This document shows, piece by piece, positions 46,948 to 57,387 of a stretch of DNA of 59,432 nt. Each line of letters starts with the position of its first letter. The first letter of the stretch is position 1. A program made the position numbers and the translations under genes. The notes beneath the pieces are model-generated. The model did no database searches. It saw nothing but the letters and a program-made list of their open reading frames with translations, and had not been told where the DNA came from. The DNA is taken from NCBI GenBank assembly GCA_038207395.1, contig JBBQZW010000001.1, forward strand, positions 208,862 to 268,293, written 5' to 3'. Origin of the DNA: Minisyncoccia bacterium. Its GTDB lineage: Bacteria; Patescibacteriota; Minisyncoccia; Phycocordibacterales; Phycocordibacteraceae.

Positions 46948-48750
46948 TTACTCACTCATCCCTACATGTAACTCATACAACTTCCGGTAGCCCCCGTCAG
47001 GTAGCGCCATAAGCTCCTCATGACTTCCCCTCTCAGCAACTTTTCCGTCGGCAAGTAAAAGAATAGTATCTGCTTTTCGAACGGTAGAAAGACGGTGCGC
47101 AATGATAAAGGTAATACGTCCGCGCATGAGTTTTTCAAGTGACTCAGTGATGAGTTTTTCTGTTTGAGAATCAAGTGCACTGGTCGGTTCGTCCAGGATA
47201 AGAATGGTTGGATCACGAAGAATAGCGCGCGCTATAGCTACGCGCTGCTTTTGACCTACGGAGAGCTTCACACCGCGCTCGCCCACTAATGTGTCGTATC
47301 CTTTAGGTAGCGTCATGATGTAGTCATGGATATGCGCCTCCCGCGCTGCGTTTTCTACTGCCTCTGCACTCGCCTCAAATGTCCCGTATCTAATATTCGC
47401 AAGAATAGAATCATTAAAGAGCGCGACTTCCTGCGGTACGATAGCAATTTTTTTCCGCAGTTCAACTAAGTCCCATTCGCGAGTATCTACAGCATCAATA
47501 CACACCTTTCCACTTCGCGGAAAGTAATAACCAGAAATCAACGATATCGCGGTGGATTTTCCCGCCCCTGACTCGCCTACGAGCGCTACAACTTCTCCAG
47601 GACGCGTTGTAAAATCTAAATCTTTGAGTGCACCTCCTTTCCCTTTTTCATAACTAAAGGCAACGTGCTCAAATGAAACTTCTCCTGTACCCATCTTAGA
47701 TTTCTGGTTACTAGGCGGGTGATATTGCTCTTCAGGGATTTTAAAGGTTTGTTCTAGTTGAGCAGCTGAAGTAAGTCCGTTTTGAACAATCTGCCAGCTA
47801 GAACCTAATGCTACGAATGGCCCAAAGAACATGAGCGCATAGCCGTTAAGTGCCACTAACTCCCCCACGGTAATAGTCCCATTTGCCACGTACTGAACGG
47901 AGACAAAGAATACAGCGAGCTGTGTTAAGAACACAATGATACGTTGGTAGAAACTAATATTGCTCCACGTGCGTTCAAGCTTCATCCAAAGCGAATACGT
48001 TTTTCCCATAAATGCGTCATAGGTCTTTTTGACTTCATGACTTTCAGCTGCTGCTTGTTTCACTGAGGAGACTTGATGTACCGCTTCTGCAGCATCGCTC
48101 CAGCTATCATTCCATGTCTTTCGTGCAATGTGGTCAGCTGCTGCGATAGGTATGAGTAGAGGAATAAGAGTCAGTACATAAATGAATACTCCCAATGCCA
48201 AAATTGAAGCCAGCGGCACACTTATGGTAAGTGCAAGGGTAATACCAATAATGACGCTTAGAAATTGTGGCGCAATGTCCATGACTGTCCGCACGATAGA
48301 AGAGATCTGCCACGAAGCATTACTTATTTTCGTCAGTTCACCATTAATATGCACATTTGTATGATATGAAAGCGGGAGACGTAACAAATGAGCGAAGCTA
48401 CTTGTTTCAACATTAAAATTCACCTTAGTATCCAAAGCACGTCGCATGCGGTCACGTATCCAGTCCGTACCATTTGCAATGACCTGTACAAAAGTCCAGA
48501 TAGCTAAAAATAGTTGCCAGGGAGGTACGGCGCTTGATATCACGTTCCCATTCACGAGCTGAATGAGTGAATCAAAGAAGCGTCCGGTAACATACGGAAC
48601 AACACCATTAGCAACAGCGGAGATAAGACCTAATATAATAAGACCTGTCATCAGACCGCGATGCGGACTAACATGACGCATCACTCCAGCCACACCATCA
48701 CGAAAAGGTGCTTTGGGTATTTCTTGTTTTTCAGTGGCAGTTGTTTCCAT
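46948..48750 (-). CDS. ABC exporter, fused TMD-NBD
   Basis: GESGAGKST, LSVGQ, LDEPTSALD, AHRLST. Confidence 0.93.
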   Translation of the reverse strand: METTATEKQEIPKAPFRDGVAGVMRHVSPHRGLMTGLIILGLISAVANGVVPYVTGRFFDSLIQLVNGNVISSAVPPWQLFLAIWTFVQVIANGTDWIRDRMRRALDTKVNFNVETSSFAHLLRLPLSYHTNVHINGELTKISNASWQISSIVRTVMDIAPQFLSVIIGITLALTISVPLASILALGVFIYVLTLIPLLIPIAAADHIARKTWNDSWSDAAEAVHQVSSVKQAAAESHEVKKTYDAFMGKTYSLWMKLERTWSNISFYQRIIVFLTQLAVFFVSVQYVANGTITVGELVALNGYALMFFGPFVALGSSWQIVQNGLTSAAQLEQTFKIPEEQYHPPSNQKSKMGTGEVSFEHVAFSYEKGKGGALKDLDFTTRPGEVVALVGESGAGKSTAISLISGYYFPRSGKVCIDAVDTREWDLVELRKKIAIVPQEVALFNDSILANIRYGTFEASAEAVENAAREAHIHDYIMTLPKGYDTLVGERGVKLSVGQKQRVAIARAILRDPTILILDEPTSALDSQTEKLITESLEKLMRGRITFIIAHRLSTVRKADTILLLADGKVAERGSHEELMALPDGGYRKLYELHVGMSE

Positions 48751-48785
48751 GTCTATTTATTTTACCTCTCTACACTGATATAAAA

Positions 48786-50576
48786 CTAACCCTCATCCGC
48801 CACAAAACTCCCCGCCTGAATACTCCAGAGCTTATGGTACAAGCCTCCTTCCTGATCGAGGAGTTCGCTATGGGTGCCTTGTGCGGCGATGGCGCCACCT
48901 TCTATAACCACAATACGGTCCATGGTCATGATGGTTGAGAGTCGGTGTGCAATGACAATAACCGTCTTCCCTTCCATGAGAATCTTGAGGGCGTCCTGGA
49001 TGAGATGTTCGCTTTCAGAGTCGAGCGCACTCGTGGCCTCATCGAGAATAAGTATCGGTGCGTCTTTCAGAATGGCGCGCGCAATAGCCACACGCTGACG
49101 CTCTCCCCCAGAGAGCTTAACGCCACGCTCTCCTACATGCGTTTCATATCCTTCAGGAAGTGCGGTGATGAAGTCATGACAGCGCGCTTTCTTTGCCGCT
49201 TCCATAACCTCTTCGTCCGAAGCATCCTGCTTTCCATACCGAATGTTGTCCATGAGTGAGCGATGAAACAGCACAGGCTCCTGCGGAACAAAAGCAATAC
49301 TTGCACGCAATGATTCCTGCGTTACCTCCGAAATATTCTGACCATCAATGTACGCCCCGCCACTCGTTACGTCATAGAAACGAAGCAGGAGTTTGGTGAT
49401 GGTGGACTTACCTGCGCCTGAAGGACCCACCAACGCAACTTTCTCCCGCGCTATGATCTTTAGATTCATGTCATTAATAACGGCAGCGGATTCGCCGAAC
49501 TGGAAGGACAAATCTTTGAATTCAATCTCTCCCTTGGAAACCTGAAGGGGTTTAGCGTTTGGAATATCTTTCACCCCATATGGCGTCTCAAGTATGGCAA
49601 CCATTTCCCCGGCATCAGCGTACGCGTCATATAAACGGCGCAGGCTGTTCCCTAAGTTCCAGATACGATCCATGAGCCCAATCACATATATCTGAATAAG
49701 AACAAAATCTCCGACCGTCATGAGCCCGCGCTGATACAAAAATACTCCGCCTGCCAAAAGACCCACTTCAATCACCAAGGCAAACAATCCCTGCACCGCA
49801 AAGATAAAGGCATCAGCGTACCAGGACTTGAGCATTGCAGCCTTCCAGCTCTGCACCGCGACTCCAAATACTCCTTGCTCCTGAGAAACCGAAGCGAAGG
49901 TACTAATGGTGGATTGGTTTGATACGGCATCCGACAAAATACCCGTCACCTTACTGTCCTCCTCTGTTCGCTTCTTACGTAGCGGCTGACGAATGCGCAC
50001 CATCGCTGCCTGGATACTGATAAACAAAACCACCCATATAAGGAGTGCGAGGCCTAAGTATAAGTTTCGCTGGATGAGCACGATAATAACTCCCGTACCA
50101 AAGACGGCCGTTGAGAAGAAACTAAAAATAAAAATGTCGAGGATATCTTCGAAGGCGCGCGAGTAGCGGTTCACGCGGCGCGTAAGTGTTCCGGCAAAGT
50201 TTGAGATAAAGAAGTCGTGACTGTGGCGCAAAAGACTCCCGAATGCCTGATTCGCGAGATCAACCATCACATTCGCTTCTAATCGCATTATCGAAAGCAT
50301 TTGGATGCGCTGACCAATCCACCCGCAGAAGTTAATGAAGGCAAATATTCCAAGCAAGGTAAGGAGCGAACCCACCACAATCTGCTCAGGTGGCGTCGAG
50401 GCAATACTATTAATAAACCTCTGAAGATAAAGCGGTCCGATGATTCCGGCGCCCTGAATCATAAGGTTCCCCACGAATACAAGGCCAAGAACCAGCGGAT
50501 ATTTCTTAGCCGCGGTGAAGTAGTAGCGAAGGACCGGTTGAGAATCCGTCTTCTTTTTAGGTGCGGTGTCTTCCAT
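48786..50576 (-). CDS. ABC exporter, fused TMD-NBD
   Basis: GPSGAGKST, LSGGE, LDEATSALD, AHRLST. Confidence 0.93.
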   Translation of the reverse strand: MEDTAPKKKTDSQPVLRYYFTAAKKYPLVLGLVFVGNLMIQGAGIIGPLYLQRFINSIASTPPEQIVVGSLLTLLGIFAFINFCGWIGQRIQMLSIMRLEANVMVDLANQAFGSLLRHSHDFFISNFAGTLTRRVNRYSRAFEDILDIFIFSFFSTAVFGTGVIIVLIQRNLYLGLALLIWVVLFISIQAAMVRIRQPLRKKRTEEDSKVTGILSDAVSNQSTISTFASVSQEQGVFGVAVQSWKAAMLKSWYADAFIFAVQGLFALVIEVGLLAGGVFLYQRGLMTVGDFVLIQIYVIGLMDRIWNLGNSLRRLYDAYADAGEMVAILETPYGVKDIPNAKPLQVSKGEIEFKDLSFQFGESAAVINDMNLKIIAREKVALVGPSGAGKSTITKLLLRFYDVTSGGAYIDGQNISEVTQESLRASIAFVPQEPVLFHRSLMDNIRYGKQDASDEEVMEAAKKARCHDFITALPEGYETHVGERGVKLSGGERQRVAIARAILKDAPILILDEATSALDSESEHLIQDALKILMEGKTVIVIAHRLSTIMTMDRIVVIEGGAIAAQGTHSELLDQEGGLYHKLWSIQAGSFVADEG

Positions 50577-50669
50577 AGATAGTAAGTGTATCAGCGAACG
50601 CTCCGTTCATGAAGATACGCGTTCAGAGCTCGCTTTAGCGGCAGTGCTTAGATCTGATACAGTGCAAGG

Positions 50670-51185
50670 ATGGAACTCACTCCCGAACAGGAAGAATTAC
50701 AGACTGAACACACGGTATACGAACTCTTTAAGTGGAGCGTCATCCTTAAAGGGGTTATATCTATTGCTGAGGTGATTGTCGGTATTGGGATTCTCCTTAC
50801 ACCTCGAGATATCGTGATCACGCTCGTCCAAGGCGCAGGTGCATTCCTTTCTACCCATGCAGATTCAGGCGTCGCAATGAAAGTGGTCGAAGAACTTGCA
50901 AAGTTCGGCTCAGGAACCGCAGTCTTCGTTGCACTCTACCTCCTCTCCCGAGGTCTCATTAAATGTTTCCTTATTTGGGGACTCCTTCGTAACTTACTTT
51001 GGGCATACCCCGCTTCGCTCACCGTGCTCGGACTTTTTCTTATCTATCAGCTCTATGACATCGTCACCACCGGTTCGGTCTTTGTTATTGGTATTACGCT
51101 CTTTGATCTCGTTGTCATGTACTTCATCTGGCGTGAGTGGCGCATCGTGCTTGCACGAACGAGCGCCTCTACTTCTGATTCGTAA
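50670..51185 (+). CDS. DUF2127-like membrane protein
   Basis: LKG...E...G, YLLSRG.IK, WAYP, D...YFIWREW. Confidence 0.75.
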   Translation: MELTPEQEELQTEHTVYELFKWSVILKGVISIAEVIVGIGILLTPRDIVITLVQGAGAFLSTHADSGVAMKVVEELAKFGSGTAVFVALYLLSRGLIKCFLIWGLLRNLLWAYPASLTVLGLFLIYQLYDIVTTGSVFVIGITLFDLVVMYFIWREWRIVLARTSASTSDS

Positions 51186-51222
51186 GTACTCGAGAAAGAA
51201 CGTGTTCCAAGTCTTTCTTACT

Positions 51223-51792
51223 CTATTCCTGATGACGCGTTCGGTACGTATATATTCCGTATATGCCGTATCCTAAAGCAACAATAAGAATACCGGCAAC
51301 GTATGCCCAGGTTGGTACACCATCAGCGTCCGTTGTTGTTGAAGAAGCGGTGAGTGTAGCTGCAATGACCACACCTTTAGCGTCCAGTATCTGAAACCCT
51401 GGAAGAATACTTGCTCCGGGCGGACCTACCGTCTCAGGGGATAAAAGTATGGTATAGGTATTTGATTTTGCGGTATCAGTCTCTGCTATCAGTACAAACG
51501 TGTACCCGCGTGAAGGATTAAGGTCGGTAAGGGTGAAAAGATGATTTGCTTCAGCAGCAGAGTCGGTAAGGGTTACGTCAGTACCATCTGAATCGGTATA
51601 GCGAACGATGCCAATTGCTGGCTTATTTGTTTTAAATGAAAGCGTTATGCTTGAGTCTGAAATGCGTACGGCACGAATAATACTCAGCGATACTTCGTCT
51701 TGGGTCGGCGTTGCAGCAAATACCCCTGTAGCGCCGCCAAGAAGAAATAGCATACCGGCGACAAATGCCACCACGTGTTTCGAACCATTCAT
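51223..51792 (-). CDS. Secreted FN3-like protein with C-terminal TM
   Basis: Signal peptide; H...LTDL.P...Y.F. Confidence 0.65.
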   Translation of the reverse strand: MNGSKHVVAFVAGMLFLLGGATGVFAATPTQDEVSLSIIRAVRISDSSITLSFKTNKPAIGIVRYTDSDGTDVTLTDSAAEANHLFTLTDLNPSRGYTFVLIAETDTAKSNTYTILLSPETVGPPGASILPGFQILDAKGVVIAATLTASSTTTDADGVPTWAYVAGILIVALGYGIYGIYTYRTRHQE

Positions 51793-51859
51793 CTGTGTAG
51801 TGTACCGCGAAGTGCGGTATGAGTCATAGCTCTAGGAATTACCTCTGTTCAAAAGAATC

Positions 51860-52939
51860 TTAGAGTGCTTGTACCACTGAAGCTGACTGTGTGTCTACCG
51901 GGACTTGAACCTGAGAAATCGTGATATTTATAATTAGCAAGGCCAATGCTACGGCAAAGATAAGTGCTCCACCTCCAAGAACCTCAACATATTTGATACG
52001 AACGTGAATATAGAGGGCAATAAGGAGGAGGAACAAGAAGACTGTGGAGAGCGTTCCTAAGACATACACACTGGTGTGCGATGGTGACGCTGCAATCTGC
52101 TCAAGTACATTTGGTGCTTTCACAACGGTGTTTTGTGCACCCAGGACTTCGGTAGGGGTATTTATCGCTACCCTATTCTCTGTTTCAAGGGGTACAGTTG
52201 CAGGGACAGCGGCTTCAGCCTCTGTTGAGGTTACTTTTTCTTCTATTGGCGCAAGGTTCGTTACTGGGGCTTTCACCGCTGGATTTGTAGGCGTGCTTTT
52301 TGCTAGTACCGCAGGAACTGAGGCAGGTGCCGCAGTATCACCTTCAGGTGGGGTCGCTAGTAACTGGACAACAAACGTAGTTTGTTTACCTTCATATATA
52401 CCTGAAGCAATTCCATACCCTACACGAGTGTACTGAGGCTTCACAATGTTTGCGTGGTGTGTAGGAGAAGCCATCCACGCGTCTTCAACTGCCTTTGAGT
52501 CATCAAAGTTAACGGCCAAGTTCTCTCCGGCATACGTATACTGGTATCCGACTTTTCCTAGCCAATACCACGGGGTTTTCCCTGTTGGACTTACGTGTGC
52601 AAAATAACCATTCGCGGCCATATCATTTGCCTTTAACTGTGCTGCTGCCGCAAGGTCAGAATCGAGGGTAAGGGTTGTAAGGCCATTTGCCGTGCGGTCG
52701 TTATTAGTAAGTCCCGCCAGAACTGCAGGCAAAACAGATGCGGTGAATTCTCCATTACGCTGGATTACCTTCGTATCAAAAATCACCGCACCCTCTACGA
52801 GCGCAAGGAAGAGAAGAACAATTGCAACCCCTTTCGTGCTGAAGATATGGGGCTTGTAGTCATTTCCTTTATGTGGAAACACATAACTATGCAGTGAATC
52901 TTTCTTTGGAGTGGAGGTACGTACGCGACGTTTAGCCAT
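51860..52939 (-). CDS. CAP (SCP) domain membrane protein
   Basis: YFAH.SP, AGENLA, WMASPTHHANI. Confidence 0.9.
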   Translation of the reverse strand: MAKRRVRTSTPKKDSLHSYVFPHKGNDYKPHIFSTKGVAIVLLFLALVEGAVIFDTKVIQRNGEFTASVLPAVLAGLTNNDRTANGLTTLTLDSDLAAAAQLKANDMAANGYFAHVSPTGKTPWYWLGKVGYQYTYAGENLAVNFDDSKAVEDAWMASPTHHANIVKPQYTRVGYGIASGIYEGKQTTFVVQLLATPPEGDTAAPASVPAVLAKSTPTNPAVKAPVTNLAPIEEKVTSTEAEAAVPATVPLETENRVAINTPTEVLGAQNTVVKAPNVLEQIAASPSHTSVYVLGTLSTVFLFLLLIALYIHVRIKYVEVLGGGALIFAVALALLIINITISQVQVPVDTQSASVVQAL

Positions 52940-52963
52940 AGGAATATAATACAATACCTTTAT

Positions 52964-53000
52964 AAAACAACAAGCCCGCCAAAGGCGGGCTTGTTGTTTT
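52964..53000 (-). terminator. Intrinsic terminator
   Basis: AAAACAACAAGCCCGCC-AAA-GGCGGGCTTGTTGTTTT. Confidence 0.75.
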
Positions 53001-53014
53001 CCATACACTTCTGA

Positions 53015-55018
53015 CTATTGAGTAGTAACTGAAGTGGTAGTCGTTGTTGACGTCGGTGTGGCTGGGAGGCCAAAACCACCGTCAGCAAGATACTTAGCAC
53101 GGCTGATAGGTCCGAAGTACCCTACCGCTGGTGAAATACCCTTATCTTTCTGCCATGCGGCTATCGCAGCGCGTGTCTGAGTTAGGTAGTTACCGGTAGG
53201 ACCTGCGGGGATAGAGTACCCTGCAGCAATAAGTTCAGTCTGGAGCTCAACAACGTCAGCACCCTTTAATCCGAAGAAGAAGTTACGCGTGACGTTAAAG
53301 GTTGATGCACCGAGAACCTGTCCTGCTGGTGAATTCACTGTACCGGTGGTTCCGGTTCCTGTAGTAGCTGCGGTTGTTGAGGTAGTACCCCCTGTTGAGC
53401 CACCTCCACCACCTCCCGTGTTTCGGCTACCTGACGTACGGTTTCCCGTAGTTGTTTCTTCTTCTACCACAGGAACTGCTGGAAGGATTGTTGAGGTCGT
53501 AATAACGACGTTATCAAAGAGATATCCAGCACCCTGAGTTGTAGGACTTGCTGTTCCCCCTGCACGGAAGATGAGCGAGTCAATAGCGTGTGTTGGGTTT
53601 CCTTCAACAAAGTTAAAGTAGTTTTCCCAGGTTGTGCCCGTGTGGACGAGAGTTCCGTCGATGAAGATTTTTACAACATCATTGTTTATGCCATCAACCA
53701 GGTCAACCACAAATTTAATGGTGTGTGGCGCAGTGCGACTAAGTGCAGGCGTTGCTGCAGTTCCTCCTGCTACCTGCGTACTCACGAAACTTGCCGTGCT
53801 AGTGCTTGCACCTTGCACATCAAAGAAGATCACATCAATACCTGAGACATTGTCTTCGAAGCGAAGGAAACTCATGCGCGCGCCATCTCCACGGTCAGGA
53901 GAAACAGAAAGGATGAGGCCTGCCTGCTGCGTGCTTGTTGCCGATGCAAGGTCAAACTGTGCTTCATAGTGATTCTGACGAGTACCTCCTGAAAGAGTAC
54001 TTGTTGCAGCAGCGGTTTCTCCTGCCTCATTAGGCGTTGAGTATGAGAACGTCTGATCCCCAAACGCACCACTGGTGACTGCGTTTGAGATGCGAAGTGC
54101 CTTACAGCCAAACGTTGGGAATCCATATACGTTTGGTGCAATAGCCTGATCATAGGGACCAGTTACCGTCCATCCATTCTGAGCGTTCACGCTTCCAATA
54201 GTGAATGTGTCGAAACTGTTTGTATCAGTTGAACACGCAGGAGTGAGGTAATATGCCTGCGCTACTCCGAACGTTCCTACCTGATACTGACTCGTTTCGC
54301 CAAGTACATGCACGTCTTTGGTAGTGTTATCCACGTAAATCGCTGGCTTAGTACCCTCAGAGTGAGTACTAACTCCTACGATGGTAAGGTTCGCCGCATG
54401 CGTAACTCCGCCTCCAAGGTCAACGTTAATGCCGTAGTATCCGTTACCCGATGTTGAAATAGTATCGGCAGTTACGTTTGAGCCGTTAACGATAAGACCT
54501 CCCTTTCGGTTGTTCTTAAAGGTATCGTGTGAGAGCGAAACATTTTCCGCTACATACACATTCAAACCATTAATGTTGAGATTTGAACCATCAAGGGTGA
54601 GGTTGTTTATCGTTACGTTATTCGCAAGAACATTGAATACTTGTCCGGTAACCGTTGGGCCTGCAGTAATAGTGTGACCATCTCCTTCAATAGTAACTGC
54701 GCGGCTAATGGTTATTGTTTGTGCGTCAGTAAAGTCAGCTCCAATATAAATGGTAGTTATGTTGGAGTTTGAAAGTGCTGCATTGAACTCTGTCTCGGAC
54801 ATGACTGTTGATGAGAAGGTATCAATTACCGCTGGTGCCAGACTTGGTGCTGGATCTGACAAAGGAATAAACGAGTCGTTACTTACAAGAGGTGTTGATG
54901 ACGCAGTCTCTGTCGCGGGCACAAGACCTTCCTCAGCAAAAGCGGCGGTTGGAATGAGAGTGGCAACGAAGGCGAAAGCCACTGTTGCACTCATTACTTT
55001 AGTAAAAATTTTATACAT
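53015..55018 (-). CDS. Secreted surface protein: beta-helix, lectin-like domain and peptidoglycan-binding domain
   Basis: Signal peptide; parallel beta-helix repeats; Thr/Gly linker; GADVVELQ..TRAAIAAWQ..GYFGPISR. Confidence 0.8.
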   Translation of the reverse strand: MYKIFTKVMSATVAFAFVATLIPTAAFAEEGLVPATETASSTPLVSNDSFIPLSDPAPSLAPAVIDTFSSTVMSETEFNAALSNSNITTIYIGADFTDAQTITISRAVTIEGDGHTITAGPTVTGQVFNVLANNVTINNLTLDGSNLNINGLNVYVAENVSLSHDTFKNNRKGGLIVNGSNVTADTISTSGNGYYGINVDLGGGVTHAANLTIVGVSTHSEGTKPAIYVDNTTKDVHVLGETSQYQVGTFGVAQAYYLTPACSTDTNSFDTFTIGSVNAQNGWTVTGPYDQAIAPNVYGFPTFGCKALRISNAVTSGAFGDQTFSYSTPNEAGETAAATSTLSGGTRQNHYEAQFDLASATSTQQAGLILSVSPDRGDGARMSFLRFEDNVSGIDVIFFDVQGASTSTASFVSTQVAGGTAATPALSRTAPHTIKFVVDLVDGINNDVVKIFIDGTLVHTGTTWENYFNFVEGNPTHAIDSLIFRAGGTASPTTQGAGYLFDNVVITTSTILPAVPVVEEETTTGNRTSGSRNTGGGGGGSTGGTTSTTAATTGTGTTGTVNSPAGQVLGASTFNVTRNFFFGLKGADVVELQTELIAAGYSIPAGPTGNYLTQTRAAIAAWQKDKGISPAVGYFGPISRAKYLADGGFGLPATPTSTTTTTSVTTQ

Positions 55019-55078
55019 GAATGTAATTAATTACGCACACAGATCAGCACATTTAATAAGAATAGTTTTGCCCTGCCC

Positions 55079-55097
55079 TACTTAACTTTCTTAAGTA
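55079..55097. promoter_or_regulatory. Palindrome TACTTA-N7-TAAGTA overlapping a -10
   Basis: TACTTAACTTTCTTAAGTA; 17/19 identical to 59149-59167. Confidence 0.55.
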
Positions 55098-55182
55098 TGA
55101 GCTTTAGGGATGAATAGTCAATGAAGTATGAAAAATAGATAAAATATACCTGATATTCTATCTATTTGACCTACATCAATAC

Positions 55183-56010
55183 CTATAGTCCGAGGAATCC
55201 AAACGTGACGTCGAAGACTCGCTCTACTGCCCAGATGATGCCGTATATACCAATGACGGTACCAAGAATCTTGATGCCAATATCGTTATACCGAGACTTA
55301 CGAAGAAGAATAAGAAACGGAAGTGCAATAGCGATAATAATAAGCTGACCAATTTCAATACCAACGTTAAACGAGACGAGTGAGAGTACAAACTTTGACT
55401 GCCCCACCCCAAGTTCCGTGAGGAGTCCTGCAAATCCAAGACCATGGAAGAGTCCGAAGAAAAATACCACTCCTATTTTCTTCCACCCACTCAATTCGAA
55501 ATTAGTTTTCTTCAGATACACCGTCCCTAATGCCATTACTGCAATTGAGAGTGCGATTATTGGCTCAACCACTCTGGGTGAAAGGGTGATCGCACCGAGA
55601 GTCGCAAGGATAAGGGTAAGACTGTGTGCAACCGTAAAACTACCCGTTAGTTTAAGTATTTCTCGGAACGAAAGGAAGGTGAGAAGAAGCGAAATAACGA
55701 ACAAAATATGGTCTATCCCACTAAGAATGTGTTCAACTCCGAGCTTAAAAAAATCTAAGAGCGTGTCGTAGGTATTGGTTGTATTCTGGTTTTTAATAAC
55801 CTCAAATATCTTCTGTCCATCGGGGAAACGCTCTGCATACGCTGGAACATTTTCTTCAGCATAGGCTTGTATTTCTTCAGGGGTTGCATCTGGATGCGCC
55901 TCTACGTATTTCACTAGGATTTGTGGAACAAGGTCATGGGCGAATGCCACATGAGTACCGGCAAAAAGAAGAACTGTAGCGAATAAGAAAGGGGTAAGGA
56001 ATTTTTTCAT
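55183..56010 (-). CDS. HupE/UreJ-family membrane protein
   Basis: GVEHILSGIDHILF, FTVAHSLTL, FGLFHGLGFA, FNVGIEIGQ. Confidence 0.9.
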   Translation of the reverse strand: MKKFLTPFLFATVLLFAGTHVAFAHDLVPQILVKYVEAHPDATPEEIQAYAEENVPAYAERFPDGQKIFEVIKNQNTTNTYDTLLDFFKLGVEHILSGIDHILFVISLLLTFLSFREILKLTGSFTVAHSLTLILATLGAITLSPRVVEPIIALSIAVMALGTVYLKKTNFELSGWKKIGVVFFFGLFHGLGFAGLLTELGVGQSKFVLSLVSFNVGIEIGQLIIIAIALPFLILLRKSRYNDIGIKILGTVIGIYGIIWAVERVFDVTFGFLGL

Positions 56011-56016
56011 GAATAG

Positions 56017-57324
56017 TTATTTAAGAGATGCAAGCTCACTTTTCAACACGTTCGCGTATTGAACTGAAAAATTAGGGTTAAGCGCACGGGCTTTTGTAAG
56101 GTACTCTTTTGCGTGAATCATATCTCCTGCTGCCTTTGCAATCAGTCCCTGATGGAAAAGAATGAGCGAGTCATGCTGTCCGAGACGAAGCGCTTCTGCA
56201 GTGTATGTTCTTGCCTCCTCTATTTTCCCATTCTTAAAGAGCGCCCAGGAAAGGTAGTCAGCTCCATAGATATTTGGGCGAGCTTCGTATGCGCGCTGTG
56301 CCTTCGCGAGCGCATCCGCAGGACGCATATCATGATCACTTAAGAAGAGTGACTCTTCCAGATCAGTATTCACGCCACTTTTTGCTGAGGTGTTTAGGGC
56401 TGCTTGTGCAAATGCATAGTACTGACCGGCTTTAGTGGTGTTCCCTTCTACGCCGTATAGATCTCCGAGATCGGTTGCATACTGCGCAAGCGGAAGTCCT
56501 TCATACGCCTTTAAGAACTGCGCCTCGGCTTCTTTTGTATCCCCTTCTGCAAAGGCTACCTTTCCAAGTCCTTCCATTGCTTGAGTGTATGTTGGAAGAA
56601 CTCGTAGAGCTTGGCCGAAGGATTCTTTTGCAGCGGCAGGATTAGAACGAAGTAAGAGTTTTCCTTTTTCTACATATGCCCAGGCAATATTCTCTGGATA
56701 ACTACTGCCTGATGAAATAGCGGTATCAAGTGCGAGTATTGCCCCTGGCACATCACCGTACAGTTCACGGATATAGGCAATACGACTCCATGATGCAAAG
56801 TCAGGTCGCAAATCAACCATCTTCTGAAAAGCGGTTACAGCATCCGTATACTGGCCGAGTTCAATAGCAACATCTCCATCAAGTCCGTAGTACGCAGGAC
56901 GGGTGGGGTTTAAAGTAAGTGCTTTAGCAGTTTGTAGCTTAGCTTCCTTAAATAAATGCCGTCCGATAAGCGTGCTCGCTCGTATGGCAGGAATATCTCC
57001 GTCGTTTGGATCAAGTTTTTCCGCTTTATCCATAAGTGCATCAATCTTTGCGTAGTACGCTGCGTCAGACGTCTCACGTACTTTTTGTAGATACAGTGAT
57101 GAAAGAGTTATGTAGGGTTTCGTCGTGGTAGGTTTCTCACGAATCTGTGCCTCTCCAAGCGCAATATCTTTATCTAGTTTTGTTGCACCTTCTGCTACTG
57201 ATGCTTGATTTGGGAAAAAGGTAGGGAGATTTGTTGCAACGATGATACCTGCGCCAACAATGATTAATCCTCCAATGATAAGTACTGGAGCTACTTTCTT
57301 CGTTGAGTCAGAAATGATCGACAT
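56017..57324 (-). CDS. Membrane-anchored TPR protein
   Basis: N-terminal TM, multiple TPR repeats. Confidence 0.85.
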   Translation of the reverse strand: MSIISDSTKKVAPVLIIGGLIIVGAGIIVATNLPTFFPNQASVAEGATKLDKDIALGEAQIREKPTTTKPYITLSSLYLQKVRETSDAAYYAKIDALMDKAEKLDPNDGDIPAIRASTLIGRHLFKEAKLQTAKALTLNPTRPAYYGLDGDVAIELGQYTDAVTAFQKMVDLRPDFASWSRIAYIRELYGDVPGAILALDTAISSGSSYPENIAWAYVEKGKLLLRSNPAAAKESFGQALRVLPTYTQAMEGLGKVAFAEGDTKEAEAQFLKAYEGLPLAQYATDLGDLYGVEGNTTKAGQYYAFAQAALNTSAKSGVNTDLEESLFLSDHDMRPADALAKAQRAYEARPNIYGADYLSWALFKNGKIEEARTYTAEALRLGQHDSLILFHQGLIAKAAGDMIHAKEYLTKARALNPNFSVQYANVLKSELASLK

Positions 57325-57344
57325 GATTGATAAACGAGTCTAGT

Positions 57345-57377
57345 AATGCTATCGAGCAGATACTGCTCGATAGCATT
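57345..57377. other. Intercistronic 15-bp stem without a U-tract
   Basis: AATGCTATCGAGCAG-ATA-CTGCTCGATAGCATT. Confidence 0.55.
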
Positions 57378-57387
57378 CTAGGCTTAC

